Positions 1-14,150 of a DNA stretch of 64,000 nt are shown piece by piece. Position numbers and translations under genes: made by a program. The notes beneath the pieces were generated by a model. That model saw only the letters and a program-made list of their open reading frames with translations. It ran no database searches and was not told where the DNA came from. The number at the start of each line of letters is the position of its first letter. Within the stretch, counting starts at the first letter, position 1. This DNA is from Mytilus californianus (lineage: Eukaryota): contig NW_026262648.1 of assembly GCF_021869535.1 (NCBI RefSeq), forward strand, positions 2,666,001 to 2,730,000. The letters are read 5' to 3'.

Positions 1-329
1 TATTTGAACTTGTTTGTCTTTGCGTCGTCTATCGTTTTTTTGCCATAGCGATGATAGTATCATTCGAGTTATGAGTTTGAATGTCCCCTTTGCATCTTCC
101 GTCTCTTGTTTTGTCCGTTGTTGTTCACATATTGATTGTTGTATATGCTGAATACGTTTGGAATATTTTTCCCCTGTACATTAAGTAAACAACTATTAAT
201 CAATTGACCAGTAATGTTGTATTACCCCCTTTATATTCTACTTACCTTTCTATCCATTTACATGTTTTGCTATGATACTCAAACACATGTTAAGGACCCA
301 GTGTATGGTGTGTATTTTTGATCATAGAT

Positions 330-770
330 CACAGTTTTCCTATTGAGACTTTTAGATGGCAAAATATTGCAAGAGAAAATAAGAAATGCTTACTTTGTTA
401 CTCTGGAGACATCGGAGATGAATTTCATTATATTTTTAAATGTTCTGTATTTAATGATGGTCGTAAACAGTTATTGAGAAAAAGATACTAGTATACAAAT
501 CAACCAAAATCATTGAAATTTAATGAACTGATGAATAGAAGAAATCTTTCTGATCTTAACAACTTGTGTAAGTTTATAAGATGTAGGCTCTCCTGGGTAG
601 CTCATGTACTTGGTACCATTTAGTTTTATATGTATACTGTAAGATATTTGCCTCTGTCTTGCTTTCGCATAACATGTGTATGTCTGTACATATACATTAT
701 GTAATATTTATTGTGTGTATCTCTATACCAATGTAATTTGGTTTGTTGAGAAATAAAGATATATATCTGA
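330..770 (+). mobile_element. 3' end of a non-LTR retrotransposon (CCHC knuckle)
   Basis: Translates as HSFPIETFRW...CLLC...GDEFHYIFKC...RK, with a stop; followed by an AATAAA-containing tail. Confidence 0.7.
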
Positions 771-2699
771 GGTCATAGAAATACACAACTGTTATGCGTT
801 TTTGTAATCATTAATAAATGTTGGTATATACTTAAATGGTTACACGTCTCTAAAATACAGAGATTATGCCATAATTAACACGATATGATACCTTTTATTT
901 TACTCTCTTTACAAAACACATATCCATTCTGTTCAAATATTTGTAAAATTGCCAGTTTTTATTTCACTGAGAAATCACAGTAGTTCATTGCAACCAATAC
1001 AATAAGTCAAAATATTTACATTGTTCTTACATTCGACCGATTTATCTATTTATCATTCACAAATATACATGAATATGATTATTATGCGACTTTGTGAATC
1101 ATTATCATCATTTATCAAACAGTTTGTGTCATTGTATGTCTTACGATGTAATGAATATTTGTCGGTTATAAAACAAAGGCAGCTAAGTAATAGAGCGAAA
1201 ACTGACATAAAGAGATCTCTAAACACAATTATATAGTTCTAATTTATTGAACTTTCGTTAGTTGAAGCCATATTAAATATGTGCATCAACAAACTAAATT
1301 ATATCAAATGAAAAGTAGGTTATGCCAAAAAAGCATTATCAACAGCCCCTGGTGATGATTCTAAAAAACATATTACTATGACGTAGACGTTTTGGTGATA
1401 GTGACCTGGGTCAATAATGAACACGATTCTTTCGGGGATTTTTAAGAACGTGTAATTTAGTGAACAGGGGCTACAATAGACTTGCCATAATAAGTATATT
1501 CCACTAAGAATAGCTAACCCAGCACAATTCATTCCAAGCATTTGTGTTTGTGAGTGTACAAAATGTCTCGGATAAAGCATAAATAATTTGGTATTATATA
1601 TGTTTGAGATGATAATTGTTCATGTTATAGGTTTATTTTAGTACGACAATAATTCTATTGTACTATTTATTAATCAATGCAATCAAATTTTGTTAAAATT
1701 GTTATATTATAGTAAGTGTTTTGAAACGATTATGACAATAAAAATCATTCCGAATTAATCACAGATAAAGTAAACATTTTTTTACATGACATAGAATATG
1801 TAAAATAGGCGATTTAAAGTTAATACCAATGAGAAAGAAATCCAAATCTAAAAAAGAAAAGGGATAACGCTAGTTTTTCTCCCACGTTTATCATGCAATT
1901 TGTATACCGTGTCTGGATAAATGTTCGTGAAATCCCTTTAGTTTTCAAAAATGATCCCTCATGTTATTGTACACTAAATGGAATTTTCACTTTTCAGGTG
2001 TTGGCCTATATTTCTTAATTGAAATATTCATCGGACAATTGCTTATGAGGAACTTGACAATATTTCAAGCTATATTAAATGTATTTCTTACAAAATTTTA
2101 GAATAAAGTTAAAGTCTTGATGAAGGTAATGTGTGTCAGTGTGCTGCTTGCTTGAGTTTATTGACGATTAATGGCATACATCTCCCTGTATTCAGATTAA
2201 TATCTTTCTAAATCCGTTTAAACAGGCATCGAATAATTTGTTTACACATGACAGTATATCAAAAATAATGGCATTATATATAGAACAGGTTTGCAAACGA
2301 CACTGGTTGATAGGTGTGTGTTTTCTTAAATTCCATGAAGTCATTTTGTTGTTGCAATTAAGAAGCATGTCAGTATATTTGAATTTACGACCTCAAAAAG
2401 TATACCGTAAAAACAAATTATAAGTTTCATAAAATAATAGTTTCTCTTAAACAAGTATTATAACCCATATGTGTCGACCCTACATATAAAAAAAATACAC
2501 TAGAACACACGCAAAATCGCGGGCATTTAGAACGTGGTTGAAAGTATGTAAACTGTTGTAGGATGATTTTTGTAAAAGATTTTATGACTGGAGAATTTCA
2601 GGAAAGGTATCAAAAGTCATAGGTACTTGGGGACACTATGGTATTTTTTTAGCCTTCCCCCTTTTTTCCAAAGTCCGTTATTTTATTTTCTGTTAATTT

Positions 2700-2949
2700 C
2701 AATTATTTTCGCGTTTTTCTGTATACTATGAACATACACACACATACTATAAATAAAGTGTATTTGCTATTTACTATCAATTCCAAGTTTACTATCCACG
2801 GCGGTCACTGATATATTATATATAGACTCTCTATATAATATATCAGTGACCGCCGTGGATAGTAAATTGGAATTGATAGTAAATAGCAAATACACTTTAT
2901 TTATATAATATGTGTAATCATAGTATACAGAAAAACGCGAAAATAATTG
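2700..2949. repeat. About 250-bp near-perfect inverted repeat
   Basis: caattattttcgcgtttttctgtatactatga...tcatagtatacagaaaaacgcgaaaataattg; centre near 2827. Confidence 0.9.
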
Positions 2950-5805
2950 TCCTGTCCTCAAGAACTTATGCAAATTATGTGTAATTTTAAAACAGTCCTA
3001 AATAACCCAAACTGAATAATCATAAGCGAGGATGACGAATGCGACTATGCATGGTACCTACAGGACACATAGGTATGGTGATTTATTTATTGTGGAAGGA
3101 AGAAGTCTTCTCATTTAATAGTATAGATAATAAAAACGGGTTGTTCTGTCTTTATATATTTTAGTATTTTAATTCAATTTTAATTGCTTTCTTTTAAGTT
3201 TGTTGTTTCCTTTATACATTCTATTCTTCATTATTTCAAGATATCTATATATTCAGCAAATATTATGTTTAAACATATAAGGTGTTGAAATATCTGGTAT
3301 ATATGATTTGCGTAACCAAAATGCTTTTAACTGCCTCTTTGGTCTTGTGGTAGCATTCCGAAGTCGTGGAGTCGATCCCTTGAAAAACTTTAACAAAAAA
3401 TAGAAAAAAAACGGTGTAAGACAGCAAATGAGTAACCAAGTTATAAGTTTTAAAAAAACAGATCACACCATGTCCAAAAGAAATCAAACGAAAAATACCG
3501 TATACTGATATTCTTTTGTAAAATTAGGTTAAACTATAGGCGAGGTCAAGGATGTTAAGTAAAACTACATAGTAAGATATCTTATCAAACACTGGTTAAT
3601 CGTTTAAGAACATATTCCCACAGTCAAATGCCAATACATATCAATCAAATAATTCTTAATCAAATATGAAAATGATATCTCATGTTTACGTGTAAGTGTT
3701 TATACTAGACATGTGCATTAGCTTGCAAGATCATACCAACAGAAGGTATAGAATGACACTGATGATATAATTGGTTTGAAATATCGATGTTTATGTCAAC
3801 GGTTACAATGATAGCATGTTCATATTTAAAAGCTGCTTTACTTCGTACAAATTAAGAAAACATAAAATCTTCTTTTGAAAATGGATTCCATAAGGCATTA
3901 AAAAGGAAATAAGACTCATGATTCAATATTCTGCGTCATACTTTCAGCATTAAACATGTGGTTTAAGAAAATTAATGACAGTAAAGCATGATACCGAAAA
4001 TTCACATGGTTTGGTTAGGAAACTTATTGTTCCGAATTTGTCATGATTTAGATAGAAATTAAAACATAAGTTTCACATAAATATTGATAATGGGTTATCG
4101 CTATTACTTGCCGTTTTGAATTTTCCTTGGTATTTTTGTTATTTTACTTTTTGTGGTAAATTATTTGGCATACATGACCATCTCTTGATAACATCAATAT
4201 AACTTTAAGCCCACGCGATTGTATAAATTATTTCTTGAACAAAGGAATTTAATCATGCTACGGTATATAAATGTTTACATGGACACTTTCATCAGAAACA
4301 AATCTACCAATGAACATCTTATTTTCTGTACGGCTAAATCCTTAAGTTTAAAATCCTTTCTACAATGTCCAAATTGTACGATAAGTAAATTTATCTTATA
4401 CTTTTAATTGGTTAAGTATAGGCTAGATAATACTTGGTTATGATTTATGAATATTTAAAGCCCAAGGCATAGTCGAGGGTTTTAAATGTTCATAAAACAT
4501 GACCAAGTAATCTGACCAATTTAGAACATATTCACACCTTTTGGTGACATATAAAATTAGCCTGTCCCTGTAATAATCAAACCTTAATATAAGCTCACTT
4601 TAAGTGTTATCATGGATAGTAAAAGGGATATGAATTATACTTAAAGGTCATTTCAACAGATGAAATGAAATAGCAATGAGATAGTTTTGTCATAACAAAA
4701 AGGATAAATTATTCAAAAATGGAGATTTCTTTTGCGTCGGGTACAATTTAATACTTCTATATCTAAAATTCCTTCATTTTTAAAAGCACACAATGTTATA
4801 TAAATCAGCTTTTCTTAAATTGCATAAGTTTTGATAACGACAAAACTTCATCAATAATTTTTAAAATTACAATCGTTTCATCATCTGATTCTTACTTTTT
4901 TTCATTGATGAATGTATTGTTTTATTCAAAACCTCCTTTGATTTTTTTATCAACAGTCATTGTTTCTTTTAAATAAAACATTGATTTTAAGGTCTCGTAT
5001 AAAAATTAGATTAAATATTTTTTACCACACCTTTGCCCTCTTTTCAATTCTTTTTTGTTTGTTCTATATATGTACCATTGTATAGCGTTTACAATGTTGA
5101 AATCTCAACTTAAAATGCTTTTATAGTTCTATTCTGAGTCTCCTGTTTTCATTTATAATAATTAGACAAACAACAGTACTCATGATTTTTCTTGTTTTCT
5201 CTTTTCCTATGGAAATTGCAACGGGGGATTGTATATATACTTCGTTATTGCAGATTTTAAGAGTTCACTTTCATAATTAATCTACAATGAAAAGTCATTC
5301 ATGTATAGCATTTTATAGTGCATGGAAAGCCATGTACTATGAAAAATAAAAGGGAAAATACTGATTTACCATTGGATGAGAATGAGTGAGTATGTTATAA
5401 TCAATGTAAGTATAAAAGTATTTTATTCATGAATTATTTTTTTCCTGCTTTAACATCAATGTGACCTTGAGGTGATTAATAAACCACTGTTCGTTTGCTT
5501 TGCGTTTTGTCAAGAGCGTGTAGATAGATATCTTGTGTAATGAATTTACTCACAAGATCCCTTCTTTTGAACTGCGTCATGTATGAACTATTTTTTTATG
5601 ATTTAAACCCATTATAACAAATTAAATGAAAAAGTGAATTACAACATTTATCGAGGCATGCATATGTTTGAAATACATTTACAATAATAAAGACAGAATA
5701 ATAATTCTTATTTGTTTTAAAATTTTTTGGTAAGAAAATATAATGTTCAGTGTTCATGAAATATCATTGAGATTCAGTTCACTTTTAACATTCCGTACGT
5801 ATATG

Positions 5806-6172
5806 TTAACAGTCCGTAGGTATATGATCATAATGTTCAAGATTATCTGATATTCTGAGTTTACTAGAAGCTGTATGATACATTGATATCACATGTTCAC
5901 CATTGACAGTATCATATGTATTTTGTAATTGCTTGCTATATGTATTTCTTCCATGTGCAAGTCTGTCATACTCTGTGTATGGTGTTGTATACAACCCATC
6001 TATATTCCTGTTACTTGTATCTATATGTACTTTTGCACTTTTGTTGACCACAGCATATTCATCACTGGTAATTATACCACGGACGTGTGATATTTCCGGT
6101 TCAGAAGTAAATTGAATATTGCTTGTATTACAATCTGCTGTATGTGAGCTGATTATTACTGGATTACACTTC
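5806..6172 (-). CDS. Gene 1 last exon: 121-aa cytoplasmic tail with 8 tyrosines
   Basis: cttttcag|G acceptor in phase 2 matches the TM exon; open to TAA at 5806; YAVV, YTTP, YDRL, YDTV and YDHI motifs. Confidence 0.9.
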
Positions 6173-6488
6173 CTGAAAAGAAAAATATGTCATGTTAATA
6201 GTTCTTATTTATTCTTTTTGCATGGCAAACGAAAACTCTATTGCTTATATAATATAAATTATAACAAAATATCATACTTTTTAAATTATTTCAAAGACGT
6301 AATTTGTACTTTACTTTCAAGAATATTAAGATTTTCAAATCATATAGTGAACACATGAAAGCACTGAAAGCGATATCATTTAGTATACTTTGATATTTTT
6401 TTGTAATATCGAACGCGATATCGTATTCTTCAAATCCGATAACAAAACTATATTCATTTTAATTTATATATATGGACTATGTATTAGG

Positions 6489-7272
6489 GCTTTCGAAACG
6501 CAACGGCCATACTTCGACGTCATCCATAGGATGTGTCGGCCATACCGCCATATCGTCCTTAGGACGTATCGTCCATACCTTGTAAAGACGTATCGTCCAT
6601 ACTTTAAGTATTTATTCTACCGGGGTTATAACATAAAATATAATAATACATCAAGTTCATAGTTATAACATAAATATGATTTTGTAGTATTTATTATGTA
6701 CAAGTTTGCCGGTTTGAAAAAGTCAGTATAGATGTCAACTATATATCTATTTTTACTTCTGTACATCTGCTGTTCAACAAGATAAGTCGCCTAATAGAAG
6801 ACTGGTTTCAAGTTAATGCTATTGATAATTTATCTATGACTTTGAAAATTGATTGACAACTTTTTAACAGAGAGTAGAAACTAAACAGCATATTACATCT
6901 GTGCAGTGCCGGGTACCATATTCTATTCTCGTAAGAGTTATCTTTGCTTGATCATCAACACTTGTTATATAAATATAAATATAAATATATAAGATATAAA
7001 TATTTTATTCGATAAAGCACATTTATATATGATAATTATATATTGCGTATTCCAAGTGTATAACATATAAAAACATGACAAATAATGTAAATACAGCATA
7101 ATACATTTACAAGTTATAATAACCATCTACCTTTATACATCACAATACGTTATCAATGAAATTCATTTCCGAAAAAAACATGGACGACGAGCCTTCACAA
7201 AGTATGGACGATGTTGTCCTATGGCCAAGGTCTATGGACGACGTGGCAGTATGGACGTCGCGTCCTGCATCG
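6489..7272. mobile_element. Possible old hAT-like element
   Basis: 8-bp direct repeat GTATTAGG at 6481 and 7273; subterminal CGTCCATAC arrays in opposite orientation at the two ends. Confidence 0.45.
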
Positions 7273-7416
7273 GTATTAGGTACATGATAATCTGTTATTT
7301 GTAATTTTTACATGCAATATCCGGTAAAAAGGAGACATTTGTAGTAAAGACAATTGATTGACAGCTATATATAATTACGGAAATTCAATTTTAAATATTT
7401 GCTAAAACTATTTTAC

Positions 7417-7495
7417 CATTTTCTTTTCAAAATGACGAAAACAGCTACAAAAATGGTGATAATGAAAATTCCTAATGCAATCCCCACAGCTAAGC
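7417..7495 (-). CDS. Gene 1 exon 9: transmembrane helix GLAVGIALGIFIITIFVAVFVIL plus stop-transfer KRK
   Basis: tttgcag|GC acceptor, TG|gtaaaa donor, phase 1-2; about 23 hydrophobic residues followed by basic residues. Confidence 0.9.
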
Positions 7496-8860
7496 CTGCA
7501 AAAATCGCAAAACATATAGCATGTCATCTTTTAAAAAGGTTTAATGAAACAACATATTAGTTCTAACAGCTATATAATAAATTAAAAGTGACTGGATGTA
7601 AGCATGTTATCTCATACAATACGTACAACTGTTTACTATATCCCTTAAACATTAAACACACATTGTACTATTATGCTGTCATGAAATATAAGTTCATCAT
7701 AATATAAGTTCTAAATGGGAAATATAATGAAATATTATATCCACTGGAACAAATATTACTGTATGTGTTTCTAACGGAATAAAGGTTATATATTTGTTAC
7801 ATCAGATATTAATGCATTGTTATAACCAAGTTTCCATTGGAACTTCTGTTTGGTGGAACAAATATACGTTGACAATACCACTACAGAATCAAAAATAAAA
7901 AGGAATATCACTAGTACATTTTGCTATTCCCTATTATTGACAAATTTTAAAACACACTGAACCAATGTGTTTTAAAATTTTCCTAAGTACCTACCATCGA
8001 ATCTTAGTGTGATAATAGAATAGAAGCCTATCTAAAATGTTAAATTAAGTACATTCTGATTTGATATTGGTTTTCTACGATGCTAAATTCTATTTCAAAT
8101 ATTTTAAAGATGTTGACAAAAGTCCTATTGTTTTAGAGTTGACAATAATGATTGAAAGAAATTTAGAAAATAATTTTTTTCTTTACATTTATTCTTCAAA
8201 AATATTATCTTAAAGTAGAGCTGTACAATTTCATACAGAATAACTTTCAGTATGACCTTAGTATATTCATATATGTTGGAGATATAACATCTGAATGGTC
8301 TTCTTTTTTCTTTGAATATATTCATTTGGTCTAATATTGCATTTGCTGCAGACTTATAATTTGAATAGCTACTTCGAATACTGATTTAAATACATCAAAC
8401 AAGTGTATAATGTTGACCAACGGGCTGGATCAAATACATATATGTCTAGTTTTATTGCAACTTAACCGTATATGTTGCGTTTTTATCTAAGTGTGTGTAA
8501 AAAGAGGTCAAATGATTTATTTTATAGTAATAACTGCTTACTTAAGAAATTTATAAACTGACCTGGAACAATAAACTCAACATTATCATACATATTTCGA
8601 AAAACAGATATTAATATAAAAATAAGATGTGGCATAATTGCCAATGAGACAATTATTCACTAGAGTAAAAATGAAGTGGTAGTAAATAAATATAGGCCAA
8701 CGTACGGCATTCAACATTGAGAAAATCACATCCCTTAAAGTTGTCGATAAAAGCCCCCGACATGAAAAAATCTGAAACAATTCTAACGAGAAAACCAACA
8801 GCCTAATTTATAACAAAACAATTTACGAAAAACAAATATGACAGACATGAACAAGCGACA

Positions 8861-8964
8861 ACAACTGTACTACAGACTCCTGACTTGGGATAGGCACATA
8901 AAGAATGTGGCGGAATTAAACATGTCTGTGAGCGCTTAACCCTCCCCTTACCTAGGACAGTGGT
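8861..8964 (-). ncRNA. Putative type-P5 twister ribozyme, family 1, lightly mutated
   Basis: ACCACUG...GGGGAGGG...UAAUUCCGCC-ACAU/AUGU-G-CCUAUCCCAAGUCAGG; A.C mismatch in P4. Confidence 0.6.
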
Positions 8965-9256
8965 GTAACAATTAGTTGTTTTCAATTTCTTGTTAATATA
9001 AAAAGCAATAAAAGAAACACACAAGTATGAGAAAGGGTTAAACTAAGGCATTTATACACACGGGAATGAATGAAATGATTCAGTTGTCAAATCCCGCCGA
9101 AAAAATTACTGATTTACACTAAGAAGTTTCTATACACCGAAATGAATGAAATGATTTCACTGGTCAAATTTCGAAGAAAGAAATTATTGATTGTTTTTTT
9201 GTAAATCACGCACATGTTATTTCATTGTTTAAATCAAATTAACTATAGGTACCTAC

Positions 9257-9319
9257 CTGTAGCTTCAGAGACTTTACTTTTAGAATTCGTCAATACGTCT
9301 TTCGTCATAGGGGACCTGC
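9257..9319 (-). CDS. Gene 1 candidate exon 8: Ser/Thr-rich stalk (RSPMTKDVLTNSKSKVSEATG)
   Basis: 63 nt open, phase 1-1, strong donor G|gtaggt; the acceptor (ttaattaaag) is weak. Confidence 0.55.
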
Positions 9320-9684
9320 CTTTAATTAACATAATGCATATCATATTATCATAAGGGTTTTAGAGAATTCATTTGTAAAGGAAAATATATACAAAAGTGA
9401 CGTATCCTTTTAATCCAGGTCTGATATGCATAAAACCACTTAAGTTAAGATATCCAATCGTAGTACTAATTTATCGTAGGACATGTAGAAAAATCCGTCC
9501 GTTCGGAACAAATCTTAACTTAAGTAGCTTTATGCTCTCTTTAATTTAAAGAAGAAACGTAATTGTAGTCAAAACAAGGTTTTATTTATAAATGATGAAA
9601 GCATGGTATTATATAAACGTATCCAGTATGCTATTCTTGAATAGAAATTTCTACACACCGGAATGAATGTAATTATACGCTTAC

Positions 9685-9814
9685 AATAAACATATGGTAC
9701 AAGTTACATATTAAGAAGCCTTTATCCCGAAAGAGAAATCCCCATAACAACTAACATTATACTTTTCTGAGGTAATATCAAGCATAGTTTTTGTATAATC
9801 ACATAATTCAAAAA
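9685..9814 (-). pseudogene. Decayed exon resembling a CTL C-half (FELCDYTKTMLD...VSCYGDFSF, then stop)
   Basis: tttcag acceptor in phase 1; CxYxKxxxD and C-x3-(F/L)(S/T)F match exon 7; in-frame TAA at 9711-9713. Confidence 0.4.
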
Positions 9815-10174
9815 CTGAAATTTACAATCAAAATGTATCATTTAACTTTAAATATTTTACATTTGCCTATAGAGAAAAAGAAATGCTGCGGCTTTTTAAC
9901 TGTGGCAGTCATGCCTTCAGGTCATGTACATCATTATGAATATTGCAGCTAATATTAGAAGGTTGTAGAAAAAAAATGAAAATTTTGTAAATTACAAAAG
10001 ACAGAGATTTATAGTATGGAAACTATGTATTTAGTTCAAGACTGAACCACAAAATGCTCAAATTGAGGATATTTTGAATTAAAAAATAAATAACAGAAAC
10101 GTAACTTCAGGAGTTTGAAAAACAAGAAGGGTAAAATCGTCGGAAAACATATATATGTCAATACTGCTATATAC

Positions 10175-10814
10175 GTAACGTGACGGTACCCAAATTGCAC
10201 CTATTTTGGCAGTTTTTTCACCTACGTTTATTTATTATCCAGACAAAAGTTTCCATTCTGTGTTTATTTTGCAGATGTGTCCTTTTTTTCTATATAGTCA
10301 CACCAATTTAATTTTGAATCCATATTGAATCAAAGAAAAATGGGTTTGAACCGACCTCCAAACGATCCATGATTCTGTAATGAGGAGTACCCAAATTGCA
10401 TCCATGCTTAAATTCACATCCTTATAAATCGAATAAAACAGATGTTTTGTTCTATTTCTTCAAATATTTAGAACAATTTGACATTGGTCCATGCTTAGTA
10501 TTCATTTTTTGAGAAATTGATGCTTGTAACATATTTTATTTGCTCATTTTTAAAAGATGACTTTTTGTGGACGTCGCATGGCGACGTTTCCGCAGATTTT
10601 ACTTTTGCCAGTGAATACTTCATCTGTTAATATGTACTGTGAACGTTTTGTGTATATTTAAATATATTTACCTATGTTGAAAAACGTGAATAATGTCAAA
10701 TCATAAAAATACGAATTGCTTAGTCTCAAAGAAAACTTGTAAGATTTCCGCTGCTATTTTTGCTGAATAGGTGCAATTTGGGTACTCGTTGCAATTTGGG
10801 TACTGTGACGTTAC
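10175..10814. mobile_element. Non-autonomous TIR DNA transposon
   Basis: GTAACGTGACGGTACCCAAATTGCA versus its reverse complement at 10790-10814; CCCAAATTGCA also repeated internally. Confidence 0.75.
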
Positions 10815-11197
10815 ACATAAAAAACGACCCTTAAAGTCATATGAAACGAGTTTCTTGTAATTTTAATGTTATGTATAACTAAGTCATGTGTGCACGTTTT
10901 TTCTTTTATATATTTATTATGAATCTATAACGTATTATCGACAAATAATATTTCATTCATTGAATGTTGATCGCAAGCTAATAAACTTTTGAGTTTGTTG
11001 CCGAAGTTTACCGGATCGTCATATTGTTAAACAATCAATTGACACAGAGCATGTGGAGCATGTGACAAATAAGTGAATTGAAAGAGCCATATGATTTTTT
11101 TTATATTGTCCATGCGTTCCCATTTGTTAATCAAACTTTTCCTTAAATGTTGTTAAATTATTTTTTGTATTAATGTTGTTTTTTTAGAGTCAGTTAT

Positions 11198-11490
11198 TTA
11201 AGGAATGACTGTAATATTTTTCTGTCTATGAAGAAATAACATCAAAAATGTGGTGCACACTGAATAACCCGCTACGCGAGTTACTTAAAAGTGTGCACCT
11301 TATTTTTTGGGGTTATTTTGAATAAACAGAAAAAATATTACACTCAGTCATTCCTTATAATTTAGTTCTAAATTTCATTTTTAAGGAGTAAGTCATGAAA
11401 ACACTTTTATGACGTCACGGTAACATGACAAAATTATGTCTATGAGATGATAGACCAAAAACTTTCAGCCAATCAGAAGACATGATACAT
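11198..11490 (+). mobile_element. Palindrome-capped element (about 160-bp inverted repeat plus TGACGTCA and CCAATC tail); second copy at about 45897-46180
   Basis: AAGGAATGACTGTAATATT...AATATTACA..GTCATTCCTT; centre GCTACGC at 11271. Confidence 0.75.
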
Positions 11491-12019
11491 CAAAATCTAA
11501 TTATTACCATTTACATTCCATTGCACGTTTGTTTTCATTCTTTCATCACGGTTGTTCCCTCGCACTTGCGTACGGGAAAATGTCAAAGAATTAGTGTACG
11601 GGAAAACAATAATTCCATGGCAGTACGTTTATAAAGATTTTGATACTATAAAGGATTTTCTTTTACAAGATCGTACACTTGATTTAGAGTAGAACTTACC
11701 CATTCAAGTATATAACTTTTTTTTTTTAATTTGAAGTTTCATATGACTTTAAACAAAATCCATAAAGCGAAACGATCTTCCTAATTCTGTCACAGGACAT
11801 AATTTTTAAAACATATAGGTACATTTACACGACTCCACGAGTTAATAAGAGTAGCAGAACACTAAGAAAAATCACGTTCTCCAGCGTTGTATCTGATTTC
11901 AAAAAGAATATTGGCAGTTAAACAATGAAAATAAATTCCGTATCATTTTACAATGAGTCTACTGCTTATTCAACACATGATTTTCTAGCAAACAAAATGA
12001 GTTCTCTGGAGAAACTCAC

Positions 12020-12269
12020 CTGATCAATCACGCATAATTTGATATCTGATAAGGAATCGGATATACGAAGATTTTGTATCTTCGTCGTTTAAGATATAAA
12101 TTATATAAATGAAAAAACCTTCAAGCGTTTAAAAACAGAACCAGCATCGGATACTTCTGTGTATTTCAGTTACTTCAACAGACGCTGGGAAGTCATTTTT
12201 CTCTCGGCAATTTGGGTAAGAGTTATTTATTGTACAACCATAAGTCATGAAGACAATGATGCAGGGTTT
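12020..12269 (-). pseudogene. Decayed exon resembling a third CTL N-half (W..NNSYPNCREKNDFPASV...CW/SVFKR)
   Basis: Retains a tatttag acceptor and a gtgagt donor; the motif is recovered only by assuming frameshifts, and stops are present. Confidence 0.4.
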
Positions 12270-12873
12270 CTAAATAATACGGATTGTGTTGAAAGTGATT
12301 TGTTTTGTATTTTTAATGTCATTATTTGTAAAATGTTACAATAATCGATGTCCTTAGTACATTTTACTGTAGTTTAATTTTGCAAAACTCAGTATTTAAA
12401 TAATTATTCATACGGACTTTGTCTTCATGCACATGTAACACCTGCCTCATATTATCCTCATCCAACAAATATGATAAACAACAGCCTTAACCAAAACATG
12501 AGTTATAGCAAAAGATGCTAGTTACACAATTGCTGATGTAAATAAAATATCTTTTGGGATGAGGCTATTGTTCATGCGAAATATAACAAAAAGCTATATA
12601 CGTATTTAATAACGTGTTAAAAAGTAAAGATACATTCAAACGACTTATCTCTCACTGCATTAAAATCGAGCTCCAAACTATGCACAATCGTTTATCTAGA
12701 AATGCGCACAGGATGCAGCGAAACCTGTTTGTTTATTTTTATCCATCCCATTCAGATCTTGTATTCTATTTTTACAGGGAATCACAAAGAAGATTTGAAT
12801 GTGAAGAATACATACTATATAATTATATACATCACGTTACATTAAACAAAAATTTAATATATTTATTACATAC

Positions 12874-12996
12874 CTGAATGTTCACATGCAAATGTCAAAA
12901 TTTCATTACAATCTCTGTAAATTTCTCCACTTTCACGCGAGTCATGGTTAAACTTTCTATATTTACAGGAAACAGGACTTGTACGTAGCTGGTGAT
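12874..12996 (-). CDS. Gene 1 exon 7: C-half of the second CTL-like domain (SPVSCKYRK...YRDCNEILTFACEHSG)
   Basis: tatcag|AT acceptor, G|gtatgt donor, 123 nt, phase 1-1; C...C-x7-C spacing with F-A-C end. Confidence 0.85.
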
Positions 12997-14150
12997 CTGA
13001 TAAGGAAAGGTCAAATCTATTCATAATGAAGTTGGTTTTTCGACATTACATAGTTAAATCTAATAAGCTTAATCTTATAAAAACGGAGTAGGGACAATAA
13101 GGCTCATGTTTGGCCCAAAATTTATGGATATTTTAAAAAGTTACAATACATAATCTTTAATTTTCCAAAACATGACTTAGGTAAAAGTGATTCAGAAATT
13201 TTTTTAAAAAGACACATCAAACAGCTTACCATTGCAATAATCAATAACTTACTTTACCTTGTAATATGTGAACATATTATGATGTAATTTTGACGTCGTA
13301 ACATTGTAAATCTTATCTAATATAAATTTGCGTGCATAAAAGACGATGCAATGAAAAAAAATATACCTACATGCCATGCTTTCGAGATTTTTCAGTTTGA
13401 TTTTGGTATGTGTTTGGGAAAATATCACATTTCAATACTTTCCCAAAAATAAATACCATAATTTCAAACGGAAACATGTTTTACACCACTTTATATTTAT
13501 AAAAAAATGTTGGGAAAAAAATGCAACTTGATTTTTTTCTTTTACGTAATGTCTTATTATAACGTTCAGTTGCATTTCACATCCTATTCAGTCTGTCAAG
13601 ATCTTAACAAGTTGCCCACAACTTTCGGTCTCACATAAACATTATCATTATACATTCTTAACCATAATTAAGTTTTAAGAATTGCCCTATATAGTGTCTT
13701 CCTTTTCTGCTAATGTCCAACGTTACTGTATGAAATCTTCTCCGAAGTACAAACACCGATACTACAGCGAAGGACGGCATGATTTCATATTAATATATCA
13801 GCAGGTTTAGTATTTTGAGCTTACTTTTAATATCTGTAATTATTTGGTATTTTCGTTATTGTTTTACTTGTACATATGATATGCTATCTATTATTGGCGC
13901 TTTTTTTGTTTAATTTTCTTTTATGTGCACTTTTTTATTCCACAAATTAAGATCAAAAAGAGAGTTGAGATTATAAAAAAAGCTTTAATTTGTTTCAGTT
14001 GTTTGTTGCTGTCTTATTGGCGCATAATCCGCATAGCCTTTTGTCGATATTGAACCCTGCCAAATCATTAGACACAATTTGTCTTTTTCATCCCCTAAAT
14101 TCCAGTTTTAAACATTTTCAAAGTCGTCATCCTCTTTTAATACAAATAAA

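Noticed and set aside
1320-1580. 86-aa ORF with KIPER...HYHQ, faintly like a PAQR/HlyIII C-terminus
   Set aside because: The motif match is loose, I found no convincing splice sites or partner exons, and it may be chance.
8125-8380. Segment with CSKC and RPFRC, considered as a CTL C-half exon
   Set aside because: Needs two frameshifts and has incompatible phases; the real exon was found at 12874-12996.
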